Under the pieces are notes generated by a model that made no database searches, was not told the DNA's origin, and saw only the letters and a program-made list of their open reading frames with translations. This document shows positions 49,491 to 61,576 of a DNA stretch of 64,000 nt, piece after piece; the stretch's first letter is position 1, and each line of letters starts with the position of its first letter. The stretch covers positions 38,378,001 through 38,442,000 of the forward strand of contig NC_058382.1 of NCBI RefSeq assembly GCF_018350175.1, in the 5' to 3' direction. A program made the translations under genes and the position numbers. Origin of the DNA: Felis catus (taxonomy: Eukaryota).

Positions 49491-50169
49491 TAACATTTTT
49501 AAAACTTTATGTTGGTCTCTGATAAAAGATTATACTTCCTCACAACAATGCTATGAAAGAAACACCGTTGCCCCTTTCTGTGCACAAGGAAATTGAGGAC
49601 TAAAGAAGAAAGTTACTTTCAGCAAGATCACATAACCTAAATATATTAAGAATGTATTTCCTTAGGCTTTTCTCCTCCTGTTCCTTGCTCCTGACCCTCC
49701 AGCCACATCTAACTGCTCACAGTCACTCTCTACTTCAGGAGTTTCAATAACTGTGCCTGGCACATATGTTGCTCCCATTATCCCTGAAATGCCTTTTCTC
49801 CATCACGTTTTTTTGCCTGCCAAACTCCTTTCCTGCCTTCGACGTCGAATTCTAGTGTTTTTGTTCCCTGCTTACGATAGGAATAAAGCATATTGTTGTG
49901 AGGGTTAAGAGATGCAATGCAGGTAAATGCTGTGACTAAAATTTCACTAACACTCATTAGTTTCACAATATTTTATTTAATCCTACAACATTACTTGAGG
50001 CATATAGTGTTATCCATTTTATAGCTTTAAAAAAATGCATGGTTTAAGGCCACATGAACAATAAGAGAGAGAGACCAATCTCTCTCGACGAGTAGGGATA
50101 GTGTATTAAGAGCTATGATAGACCACTGATATACAACCTAACACTCCACCACAGTTTACTAGGCTCTGT

Positions 50170-50615
50170 ATCACCTGGCCATGACCTTCCTTTTTTCACT
50201 CACCTCAGGTCTGCCTTTCCCCTTGCTCTCAACACTATAGCCATTGGCTTCTTATAGTTCCTCAAATAAATCCATCTTGCTCCCATGTCAGGGCTCTTGC
50301 TCTTGGTACTTCCTCAGCCTGGTTGTTAGGATGCCTTCTTTACACATGTGTCTGTTCAATTATCAGCTTTCATGACCACTCAAGTTAAATTATTTCCCTA
50401 ATTCCTAAGTAGCAATCTCATCACAACACTGTTTAATATCCTTCCTAGCAACCACAAATATCTCACTCATTTGTAGGTAAGCATTTTAAGACCTACTTCC
50501 TCTTCAAACATGCAAGGTTTATAAAGATAGGAGCTGTGTCAATTTTATTGACTACCATATCTCTGGGACATACACAGTACATAGTAGGTGTCTAATGCAT
50601 TTTTGTTGAATGATC
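50170..50615 (+). mobile_element. L2 3' end
   Basis: CTCCCATGTCAGGGCTCTTG ... CATAGTAGGTGTCTAATGCATTTTTGTTGAATGA. Confidence 0.8.
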
Positions 50616-50761
50616 CAAGAATAGGGTATTAAAAGAGCATGTGGGTGACCATTGAAATTTCACAGAGAGGAAGGGAAAGCTTTCTGGGGGAAGAAGCATG
50701 ATTATTAAAAGTTAAAGTAGAAAGTCATTAATCCAAACCACAGGAGTGGATAATGTACCAC

Positions 50762-51030
50762 AGGAGATTTCTAAACCATGGGAGAGTTTGCCACCTCTCC
50801 CTCCACCCCCCTACCACCCCCCACCCCACCAGCATGGAACGTTTGGCTGTGTCTGGATACATTTTTTGATGTGTTCTACTCGGGAGGAGTGCTACTGGCA
50901 TCTAGTGGGTAGAGGCCAGGGATGCTCCTAAATATCCTATAATAAACACACACCCGCAACAACACTACATACTGACAGAAAAGAATTACTTGCCCCCAAA
51001 TTTCCATAGTGCTGAGGCTGAGGAACCCTG
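50762..51030 (+). mobile_element. MER20 hAT-Charlie DNA transposon
   Basis: GCTACTGGCATCTAGTGGGTAGAGGCCAGGGATGCT ... GCTGAGGAACCCTG. Confidence 0.92.
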
Positions 51031-52488
51031 GCATAGCCTGGTGAACGTTTCTCAGCAACATTCTACCACCTCCCCAGTCTCCAATGGATACCTCTTCTTG
51101 GTCTGCACTCCCTGCTTCTTTGGTTTCCCTGTGTGGCTACATCCCTCCTGGAACACACTGAAGTCTTCCATGGAGTTTCTGAACTCCAAAGCTTCCGATC
51201 TTCCTTGAAGAAGCTGCCAAGGTCAGTCTTGCTCTGGCCTGAGATTTTACAGCTCAGACCTGGAGAGAGCTGATGTCTCTCTTACATTATCAAGGAAACA
51301 GGGCTACTTGAGTGAGGCACCCCAGGTACTCACCGAAGAGCATTAGAGAACACCGAGACCCATGATGTGAGGGTTCAAAAGTATAGGCTGAGAGATCACT
51401 TGGATTTTGCTGAAGCTGGGGCGTAGAGTATAGTCTACTTCTTCTGTCTGCTCATGTCCTCCCTGGTGAGTTCAACAACCCTGAAAAATTAGAATTGGCT
51501 TGATTCGACCAACTCAGCAGTGGATGAGTACCAAGGGGCTTTTTTCCCTTTTTATTTGACTTGCAGGAAACTGACTTCAATGAGATTTTATAGTCTCTTG
51601 AAGCCTGGGGACTTCCCCCGCCCCAAACTTTTGTCTTATAAAACCCTGATAAAAGTATAAAACAAAAATTGATGAATTTCAACAAGTTTAAGTGTTTTCA
51701 TTTACAGCAGCCTGTCAGGAGATGCTGGGCACATTTCATTTCTAATGATTTAATTCTAATTAGTATTTATAACTATAGTCTAATTTCAATAACACACTGT
51801 TAAATGAGTACAGAAATGTATTTATTGATTCACGCATAACAGCACAACATCATGCATTCAGATGTTGTTGAGATAGCTAGATAGATACGTACCCACACAT
51901 TTTCTACATTTTTTCACATTCTTTGATTATGATTCTTCTTTTTTTTAATGTTTCATACTGTGATAATGAGTCTTCTAAATTGCTATTTGTAATAAATTTA
52001 GGGTAAGATTATTCACTTTTCTTTGTATTTTTTTAGTTTATGCTCTGAGTGTGGGACCCTACAGAGAGCTACAAATTGAGAGAAACAAACATTTCAGAGA
52101 AAACAGACCTCCAGAGCTTTAGAAAGAGCAAAGAATTGACAATTTGAAGGACTTGAAGTATGCCAAATGGCCATCATAACTCACTCCACATTTCAAAAAG
52201 AAAAAAAACAAATCAAGATTTGAAGACTTTATAGAGTCTTTTGTTTGCTGAGAATGTTTTCATTTTGTGTTGGCTATAATTATTGTTAAAGATTCATTTT
52301 AAGAGCAACTTATCTCTCGTTGTAATTTATCATTTATTATGAGAAAGACAGTATGATGTCATCTCAGTTTTTCAATGATGACTGGCGGAATTACACGAGA
52401 TATTCAACATAAGGAGGCTTGTTGGTGGCAGAGCGAAGGACCCTAGAGTGTAAACACCTTTGCAAGCCATTTTACTCTATCCCCCTCC

Positions 52489-52705
52489 TTTTTTTTTATT
52501 AATGTTTTAAAATGTTTATTTATTTTTAAGAGAGAGAACACGAATAGGGGAGGGACAGAGAAAGGAAGAGACAAAGAATTCGAAGCAGGCTCCAGGATCT
52601 GAGCTGTCAGCACAGAGCCCCAGGCAGGGCTTGAACCCACAAACCGAGAGATCATGACTTGACCTGAGGTCTGATGCTTAACTTACCGAGCCACCCAGGA
52701 GCCCC
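52489..52705 (-). mobile_element. Can-SINE
   Basis: T tail, GAAGCAGGCTCCAGG...GAGCCACCCAGGAGCCCC. Confidence 0.94.
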
Positions 52706-53404
52706 TGCTCTAACCCAATTTTAAACATCATATGGTAGGGATAATTAACAATTAGTAGCTCAAAGCAAAACCAGGACATCATTCTTTAGGACAGTTTCTT
52801 GGAGAGGCTAGCTTGGTACAGAATCTGAGGATGTCAGAATTGGAAGGCTCTCAGAGATCTCCTATTTACAACACTCATTTCCTTAATTAGAAGATTATGT
52901 CTGGTATAGAGAACACAAAGATGTTCTTTTTCCATCTCAAATTACTGGAATGGTATCGTGCCTTTTAAATTATGGGGGGATCAAATTATTATATACAGTG
53001 AGCAAAAATGAAATCTACATGATTTCAACAATGGATCCTACTTATTCATGAATAATGTATGGATCTTCTAATCCAAGGTTCATTTCCTCTCAGTACTTTC
53101 AATATAAAAGTGTTTGTCCCATTTGTGGTTTATTTCTGGGCTAGAATTTACCTACAGTCTTATTATTATCATTTCAAAGTGCGAAACTACTCTAATGTCA
53201 ATGTAAGAGATTTTATTTAATTCTGTTTAAATAAACAATCAAACAGTTTGACAGCCTATAAAGAGACATTTATATACCGTATATAGCCATTGCTGAGGAA
53301 AAGGAAGCACACTCACTTTCTCCATATTTTTGTTTCCCCCCCAAGGCAGCTTGGTGTAAAGAGCACGGTTTTGGAATGTGGCAGGACTGAGTATGTTAAA
53401 TGAC

Positions 53405-53640
53405 ACTCCAGTATTCTTCCTGTTCCACGAACACGCCACACTTGTCCCCTACTCACAGTCTTTGCACTTGATAATGGTGACAATGGCTCAATTGATATTT
53501 GGTACGTTCTTCCCTACAACTTTTGCAGTCTTGACTCTTTTGCAGATGTTCTGCTTAAATATTCCTTCTTCATGGAGGTCTTATCAGATCAGCCTCTTTA
53601 AAGGAGGCTGCTCACATACTTTCAGTCTATCCTGTAAATT
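53405..53640 (+). mobile_element. L2 fragment
   Basis: CTTCCTGTTCCACGAACACGCC...TCTTTGCACTTG; TCTGCTTAAATATTCCTTCTTCATGGAGG. Confidence 0.65.
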
Positions 53641-55715
53641 CTGACACCCTCCATAACAAAATTGGACACATACTGGAAAATATGAGGTTACAAGACGCGT
53701 AAGCTTTGGAAAAACGCATAAACTGCATCAGTAATTTTTCTGTGACATAAAGGTATTAATGCCGCTTCTAGTCATGCCTACTTGCTTTTCTAAAGTAGCC
53801 TAAGTGCTTAAATAATCTGCCTCATTATGTGAAACACCTGAAAGTTCTTTTCATTTCATGTGAAAAAAAAGGAAGTTTAATACAACTAATAGGAAGTCAT
53901 TTTATGCAGCACCTGAACACTGAAGGGGGATCTAACAGACTAATGGGCACCACATTAATCCATGATATTACACAAGTAAAAGGAAGTGGTGCATTTGCTA
54001 TTTATGCTTGAAATCTGTGCGTAAACAATTCGAGGTGAGTGCAGGTGATTGATGAATAAAACATCACTGATCAAGCTGACTGCAACTACATTTTGGCTTA
54101 ATCCTGCTGGTTTAATTTGGTTTGGTGGTTCCCCCCCTTCTTCTGATGTTGTTTTCACCTGGGGTGGATAAATATATATTATGCATGTGGAAAAAAGAGC
54201 AACATAAATTTAAATACCTGGAACAGGTGACAAGAAATACTCAGCTGCTTTCAGACACTACACTTCTGTTAAGGAGAAATAAAAATAACTCCCCAATCCC
54301 AACCCAGGGACAAAAGTGTCTTTGACTCTTTAAAACACAGGTTCCTCTGAAAAGTTTAAGTCAATAAATGGGTGCATTTCCTCTACTCATTCTCGTGATG
54401 CTTCGAAAAATTACATGTGAGGTATTTTACAACACATACAAGACTTCACAAAACATTCTTCTTGGGAAAATAATCTTGAGTAATAATTCATGTAAAGTTT
54501 TAATGTCAGTGTAAAGTTTTAATGCCCAATGGCACTGACAGCTGAGCAAACTATCAAGTTAGTCGTAAAACTCATTCTGTCTGTCATAGTACAATAGGGT
54601 TTTTTTCCCCTTGCATGATTAATAATTTGTATATAAATGTAATACGTCTCTCGTTATGTCCAAGTCCTTCCTTATGTTGATATCCAAAGCTGGTTCCATG
54701 TTATAGGGGGAAAATGCAAACCAAAGCAAGAAAGTAAAAAAAAGACAAAGGATCCTTCTCTGCTTCAAGTTCTTTTTGTGCACCCTCACATTTATTTTGG
54801 TAATAAGTAAATACCAGTGCCATTTCCCCTCATTTTAGAATAAAAGTGCTTAGGTAACTTAAAATTGGAAAAAAAAACCCTAATAATTTGCAGATCTATC
54901 TCTTGTCTATTCTACTGTTACCCAAAGGAATAGTATGCTTCCATAAACCACAACTTAGTAAAATAATCTGGAAGCACAAATGCAAGTTGATTTAATGTAA
55001 CAGCAAAAATAAAATCAACATTATTCTTTTACTTAATATATCATAGCCAACACCAACAGAAAAAATATGGATTCACAAATTTAAAAACCTATATAAAGAA
55101 ATTCTTACATGAGCTAAACTTTAGCCTAACTGCTTATTACGTGTGAAATGTGATCTTTATCTGCTGTGCAAAGCCCCTAGCATTAGCGGTCATTACTTCT
55201 GTTCCTTCGATTGTACTTAAGTAGTACTTTTCCCCTTAACTATTCACTCAGTTTTATGCCCTATTTTTTACTTAATCTTAAAAACATACCAGTTTTCTTT
55301 CTCTTAAGGTGTTAGATATTTTAATGTTAAAACTGTGTTCAAATGGGAGCAAACACAATGCTAAATATCTTATAAAATTAAATGAATTTTAATAAGTGCC
55401 CTTAGTAGAATATTACACAATTCTAACAATTATCTTTCCGCAGGTTTGTAAAGACTTGAAAAAATGCTTATATATTATACTCTGCATATTATAGATCTCA
55501 ATATAATAAAATAATGATTATATAAATACATTATATATGTGTATATATATATATACACACACAATTCTATATTAAGAGACAAAGAGAGGGAGAGAAAGAA
55601 GAAGAGACCAACAGAGAGAGAGACAGTGACAGAAAGACAGAAAATACTGTAGATAAAATAAAAAGAAATCACCAAAAATTTTTGTGCTTGACATTTTGGA
55701 GCAATTATTACTTTA

Positions 55716-55932
55716 AAAAAATTAACATTTTTTTTTTTATTATTGAGAAACAGAAAGAGACAGAGCATGAGCACGGGAAGGGCAGAGGGAAGGAGAGACA
55801 CAGAATCTGAAGCAGGCTCTGGGCTCTGAGCTGTCAGCACAGAGCCCAATGCGGGCCGTGAACCCATGAACACTGAGATCATGCCCTGAGCAGAAGTCAG
55901 ATGCTTAACTGACTGAGCCACCCAGGCGCCCC
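55716..55932 (-). mobile_element. Can-SINE (tandem copy A)
   Basis: Antisense SINE abutting the tail of copy B. Confidence 0.96.
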
Positions 55933-55944
55933 TGTTTACTTATT

Positions 55945-56000
<56 letters not shown>

Positions 56001-56167
56001 CACGAGTGGGGGTGGGGCAGAGAGAGAGGGAGACACAGAATCTGAAGCAGGCTCCGGGCTCTGAGCTGTCAGCACAGAGCCCAATGTGGGCCGTGAACCC
56101 ATGAACACTGAGATCATGATCTGAGCTGAAGTCGGACGCTTAACCAACTGAGCCACCCAGGCACCCC
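55933..56167 (-). mobile_element. Can-SINE (tandem copy B) with long (GA)n
   Basis: Outer TSD GGAG(CA/TG)ATTATTACTTTA at 55698-55715 and 56170-56187. Confidence 0.96.
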
Positions 56168-56379
56168 AAGGAGTGATTATTACTTTAATAATAAAAGCCA
56201 CTACAATTCAAATTTTGTAAATTTTAAATTTGTATGTAATATGGACTAGATATATTTTTAGGAGATAAAGGCATAGCTGTTTTTGTTACTCTGATATTTT
56301 TCACATTGCTAATTACATATAAGAGCTTAAATAGTGTTTCTAATAATAAACAAATTAAAATATTTTAAGGAAAATTAAT

Positions 56380-56620
56380 AATTTTAATAGCTATCATGTA
56401 TTTATTATTTAACATTCCAGACCCTGTGATTTTGTATACATTATTTGGTTAATTTCCACAACCCTATGGGATAGGTCTTATAACGATTCTCATTTTGCAC
56501 ATTCAACATCTAAAAACTGAAAGGCTAAGCAACTTTCACGAAGTCAGACACCTGTTATGTCCCACCCGCCTTCCAAACAAGGCAGTCTCATTCCAGAATC
56601 CATGCTTTAAACCCTCCTCA
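56380..56620 (-). mobile_element. MIR SINE
   Basis: CAACCCTATGGGATAGG...CTCATTTTGCAC...AAAACTGAAAGGCTAAGCAACTT...TTCCAGAATCCATGCTTTAAACC. Confidence 0.75.
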
Positions 56621-56724
56621 AGATTGCCTCCCCAAACACACTTGATTCTACATCCTATCGCTTACTGATTGCAAGTGGTTGTTTGGGATAGTTTATTAAA
56701 TATTCTAAAGCCCTTGCATAGGGA

Positions 56725-57143
56725 TGTTTTGCGTTGAGTTGTTTCTCCCCAAAAGATACATTAAAACCCTAATCCCTGGTATTTATGTATGTGATTTTAT
56801 TTGGAAATAGAGTTTTTGCAGTGTCAAGATGAGGGCACACTGGACAAGTGTGGGCGCTAAATCCAATGACTGGTCTTCGTGTAAGAAAAGAGACTTACAG
56901 ACACAGGAAAGACAGCGGGAAGAAGGTCATATGATGACAGACACAGAGACTGGAGCATTGCAACTACATAACACAGCATACCAAGAAATGTTGGCAAAAT
57001 GCAGAAGCTAAAGCCCAAAGCCTTCAGAGGAAGTATGCCCTGGTGACACCTTGATTTCAGACTGCCAGCCTCCAGAATTTCTGTTGTTTTCAGCTGCCCA
57101 AATCTATGGCAATTTGGTAGGACAGCCTGAAGAAACTAACACA
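56725..57143 (+). mobile_element. MLT1B/C MaLR solo LTR
   Basis: TG...CA ends; TTATTTGGAAATAGAG, CTAAATCCAATGACTGG, GACACCTTGATTTCAGAC; TSD AGGGA/AGAGA. Confidence 0.92.
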
Positions 57144-57818
57144 AGAGATTACTGATCTGATAACAGTATCATACATGTGCATACTAGGTAGGAAAGTGGT
57201 GGCAAAAACTATGCCAAGGATTTTTTGACAGGAGTTCAGAAAGATTTTGGCAGTTTTGAGAAATTCATTCGACATGCGAGTTATAGGCAACAAATTGGTT
57301 GTGCTGCTTGAATGGAAGGTCCCATCTCTCATCCAAAAATGTAAGCATTTTGTAAAATTAAAACAAGTTATCTTGGGTGATATCATTAGACACGATGCAG
57401 AGGTAAATGACTAAAGGTTAAGTTGACTGTAGTAGGGTCAAGATGAAGCAAGAGAAAAATAAGAAAGAGATACCCAAGGAAGATTTTTGCATTAAAAAAA
57501 AAGAAGAAGACTAGGGTGAGGTCTGAGAAAACAGTAGAGGGATTGAGAGTTAGGAGAATCATTGAAAGTTTTGGCAGTATCTCAGATTTGGCAAAAAAAG
57601 CTTTATCTTAGGATGGACACTAAGAAACACTGAAATGAGATGTACACCTGATAACTGACCTTAACATATATTTCTAGAGTCAGGTTACAAATACACAATC
57701 CATTCTGGAGTCCAAGCTACAGAGAGAGAGAGAAAAAAATGGGTCTTTTTTTTTTTTTTTCAAAAACGAGGCATGGAGTGTCTGTGCAACAAGTGACCTA
57801 AAATGTTGCTTGAAGCAT

Positions 57819-58001
57819 GGGGCGCCTGGCTGGCTCAGTCGGTTAAACGTCCAACTCTTGATCTCAGCTCAGGTCATGAGCCCCAAGGAGGGCTGTGGGC
57901 TGACACTGCGGAGCCTGCTTGGGATAATCTTTCTTCCTCTCTCTCTCTGCCCCTCTTCTGCTCATGTGCTTTCTCTCTCTCTCAAAATAAATAAACTTAA
58001 A
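57819..58001 (+). mobile_element. Can-SINE with internal deletion
   Basis: Head GGGGCGCCTGGCTGGCTCAGTCGG; degenerate TSD AAAATGTTGCTTGAAGCA/AAAATATTGCTGAAAGCA. Confidence 0.94.
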
Positions 58002-58242
58002 AAAATATTGCTGAAAGCAGAAAAGACCAAGATAGACATGTGTGTACTGATAGTTTTGTTGCTGGATGTTCCTGGCAGTGGTCGGCAGAGACTTCACTGT
58101 AACTGCATCATATAAATTCTACTGATGGTGTCTGATATTTTGAGTGGCCTAAAACCACAGGTTATAAATAAATAAATAAATAAATATATATATATATATA
58201 TATATTCATGTATATATATATATTCATTTAAATATATACATA

Positions 58243-58547
58243 TTATTTTATTTTAGAGAGAGCATGTGANNNNNNNNNNNNNNNNNNNNNNNNNNNNNNN
58301 NNNNNNNNNNNNNNNNNNNNNNNNNNNNNNNNNNNNNNNNNNNNNNNNNNNNNNNNNNNNNNNNNNNNNNNNNNNNNNNNNNNNNNNNNNNNNNNNNNNN
58401 NNNNNNNNNNNNNNNNNNNNNNNNNNNNNNNNNNNNNNNNAAACTCAGCATGAGCCCAAAGGAGAACTTAATCCCACAACCCCAGGAACATGACCTGAGC
58501 TGAAAACAAGAGTTGGACGCTCAAGTGGCTGAACCACCCAGGCACCC
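58243..58547 (-). mobile_element. Can-SINE spanning a gap, preceded by (TAAA)n(TA)n
   Basis: Tail TTATTTTATTTTAGAGAG before the gap; head ...ACCACCCAGGCACCC after. Confidence 0.9.
58270..58440. other. Assembly gap (171 N)
   Basis: N run. Confidence 0.99.
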
Positions 58548-58624
58548 TTCTATGTATTTTATATCACTCTCAGCAATAATCTGGAAGCACCTTGATGGAT
58601 TTTTATAATCTTTAGAATAGCTAC

Positions 58625-59125
58625 TGCATTAGTTTTCTATTGCCAATGTAACAAATTGTTAGAAACTCAGAGGCTTAAAACAGCGCAAATTTATGATCTT
58701 ACAGTTGGGAAGGTCAGAAATGTGACACGGGACTCAGTGGGCTAAACTCAAGATGTCTGCAGGGCTGTATTCCTTTATGGAGGTTCTAGAAGAGTCTCTG
58801 CTTCTCTGCTTATTACCTTCTAGAGGCTTCCTACCTTCCTTGGCCCCCTGCCCTTGTCTTCCATGTTGAAAGCCAGAAAAATTGCATCTTTCTTATTCTT
58901 CTGTGGTCACATCACTCTGTGACCAAAGCTGGGACAAGTTTCTGGTTTAAGGATTCATGTGAGTACACCGTATCTATTATGATAATCCATAGCAATCTTC
59001 CCAATTCATGTTCTCTAACTTTAGTGACATCTGTAAATTCCTGATGCCACATAAAATGGCATAGTCAGAGGTTCTAGAGATTAGGTCAGAAGTGTCTTTT
59101 ATAGGCCATTATTCTGCCTACCACA
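58625..59125 (-). mobile_element. MLT1C/D MaLR solo LTR
   Basis: TGCATTAGTTTTCTATTGC...GGCTTAAAACAG ... ATTCTGCCTACCACA. Confidence 0.9.
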
Positions 59126-59970
59126 GTTGATAAAATATGACTCAATGTTTGGGATACCATTCATATTTTCACCATTCAATATTCTGATTACACAAAAATT
59201 AATCAATAGCATGGTTACTCATTAATTTATAATCTTACTCCTTGTTTGGATTTTTCAGATATCACGGTCTGCTTATAAATTTCTTATCACTAAGTGACAT
59301 ATTTGACTGACTGGAGATACTTAAATACATCTTGTTAATGCCTTTAATTTAGGTGATGGATAAGACAAGTTTACTTTATTCTGACTGTGGCATCCCATTT
59401 ATGGGCTACCCAACCACTTGGAGTAATAAATTCAGGTCAAGTGCTTGCTTTCCTGTATACATGTGCACATGTTTTTCTCCCTATTTTGAAAGCCCTTCTT
59501 GAACTGCTCATGCCTCCATCTACTTCAACTTCAGAAGAGACCTACATCAAGTAAAGAAACTGAATTAGGAATTCAGTATCTACTTACAGAGAAAAGTGCA
59601 GGCCAAATGGCTTCACCGGTGGGGTCTTCCAAAAACATCTAAAAAATAAACAATAAGAGCCTTTCACTTAATATTTTAGCTAATAACATTTCTCTACTCA
59701 CTCATTGAGGCTAGTATTACCCTGATAGCAAATTCAGACAAAGCCATCATAACTAAAATGCAAACTGATATTTCTAATGACACAGATGCAAAAATCTTTA
59801 ATATATATGTACAAATAATAACAAATGTTGGTAAGGACATAGAGAGGGGAAACTTCACACATTGCTATTGAGAATGGAAAATGGTTTAGACCCTTGGAAG
59901 AAGAGTTTGGCATTTTCTTCAAAATGAAGAAATAAATAACCAAATAAGTAACCAAAAGAAAGAAAAACAC

Positions 59971-60191
59971 GGGGCGCCTGGGTGGCGCAGTCGGTTAAGC
60001 GTCCGACTTCAGCCAGGTCACGATCTCGCGGTCCGTGAGTTCGAGCCCCGCGTCAGGCTCTGGGCTGATGGCTCGGAGCCTGGAGCCTGTTTCCAGTTCT
60101 GTGTCTCCCTCTCTCTGTGCCCCTCCCCCGTTCATGCTCTGTCTCTCTCTGTCCCAAAAATAAATAAAAACGTTGAAAAAAAATTAAAAAA
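59971..60191 (+). mobile_element. Young felid Can-SINE (SINEC_Fc-type)
   Basis: CpG-rich; TSD AAAAGAAA(G/T)AAAAACAC at 59954-59970 and 60192-60208. Confidence 0.97.
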
Positions 60192-60589
60192 AAAAGAAAT
60201 AAAAACACAAGTCCACACAAAGACTTGTATGCAAGTATTCATAGCAGCATCATTCGTAAGAGTCAAAACATGTCCACGAACTAGAGACTAGATAGACAAA
60301 ATGTGGTATATTCATACAACAGAATATTATTTGCCAGCACAAATGAATAAATGGCTGATACATTCTACAAATGAATTAACTTCAAGAACACGATAAGTGA
60401 AAAAGCCAGACAGTAAAAGAACATATACTGTATGATTTAGTTGATAAATAAATATACAGAGAGCACATCAGGGGTCAGCTGAGTTTGGAGAAATGAATGG
60501 ATATAGACTGTAAAGAGGCATGGAAAACTTGTGGGATAATATAAATATTTGAACTTCAATGAATAATACACTTCCAACAAATGCATTTC

Positions 60590-60630
60590 TTTTTTTTTTT
60601 TTAATTTTTTAATGTTTATTTATTTTTGAC

Positions 60631-60665
<35 letters not shown>

Positions 60666-60832
60666 GCATGAGCAGGGAGGGGTAGAGAGAGAGAGAAACA
60701 CAGAATCCTAAGCAGGCTCGAGGCTCTGAGCCATCAGCACAGAGCCTGACGTGGGGCTCGAACTCACAGACCGCGAGATCATGGCCTGAGCTGAAGTCGG
60801 ACACTCAACTGACTGAGCCAGCCAGGCGCCCC
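60590..60832 (-). mobile_element. Can-SINE
   Basis: TSD AACAAATG(C/A)ATTTC at 60576-60589 and 60834-60847. Confidence 0.96.
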
Positions 60833-61329
60833 TAACAAATGAATTTCATGGTACTTATGTTATACTTCAGAAGAGAAGCCAGGAATATCCTTCCTCTAAA
60901 TAAAAATGTATTGTGCATGAAACACATTTACACCAACACATTTTCAGCATGTCTTTTCATGACAATTATTTCTTGGAACATTTTTTTTAAGCTAGATCTA
61001 TTAAAAATAGAAGAATGGATACATGTCCCCCATCTTGGTCGGCTTCTTTTTGTCTTTTTGTCTAATGTTTTCCTGGGTCATCAGCTCAGTATTTCCTTGC
61101 CTACCTTCAGTGATGGGGATACACATGCTTAGAATTGTGCCTCACTTTAATAAAATGGTTTTACCAGGAGAAGCAGGTGACAGTCAGATGGTAATGGATG
61201 TGTACACTTTCTGATCACAGCATCTCACACTCTTTCCTATTAGGAAGTGGTTCTACACTAAATGTACCAGATCTGATGATCTGAAAACACATGCCTCTCA
61301 GGTTGCCATTACGTATAAATCTCACATTT

Positions 61330-61550
61330 ATCGGTGTAGTGGAAAAGCTATGGGTATTTTGAAACAACAGGTCCAAATCTTGATGGCACCACAGTTATCT
61401 GATGCATTTTGGTCAAGGTGTTTAACCTGCCTGAGATTCAGTTAATGTATTTGCCAGTGAAGATAATTCTGACTCCAGAGGTGGTGGCACAAGATGAAGT
61501 AATTATGTCCAGTGCCTGTCGTACAGTAGGAGCTCAATAAGTTGTTATGT
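61330..61550 (+). mobile_element. MIR SINE
   Basis: GGTGTAGTGGAAAAG start; CAGTGCCTGTCGTACAGTAGGAGCTCAATAA end. Confidence 0.75.
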
Positions 61551-61576
61551 GCTTTCAGTTTTTGTTGTTTTCCCCC

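Larger units (their letters stand above)
59548..60870 (+). mobile_element. Old L1 (L1MB-like) ORF2 and 3' UTR fragments, interrupted by two SINEs
   Basis: CAGGCCAAATGGCTTCAC (PGPDGFT-like), GAGGCTAGTATTACCCTGATA (EASITLI), ACAGATGCAAAAATC (DAKI), GTCCACACAAAGACTTGTA, AAAATGTGGTATATTCATACAA. Confidence 0.85.

Noticed and set aside
50067-50086. GAGAGAGA-CCAA-TCTCTCTC stem-loop
   Set aside because: 8-bp low-complexity stem expected by chance
57150-57800. Possible MaLR internal sequence after the MLT1 LTR
   Set aside because: Weak similarity, and the LTR has its own near-matching 5-bp TSD indicating a solo LTR
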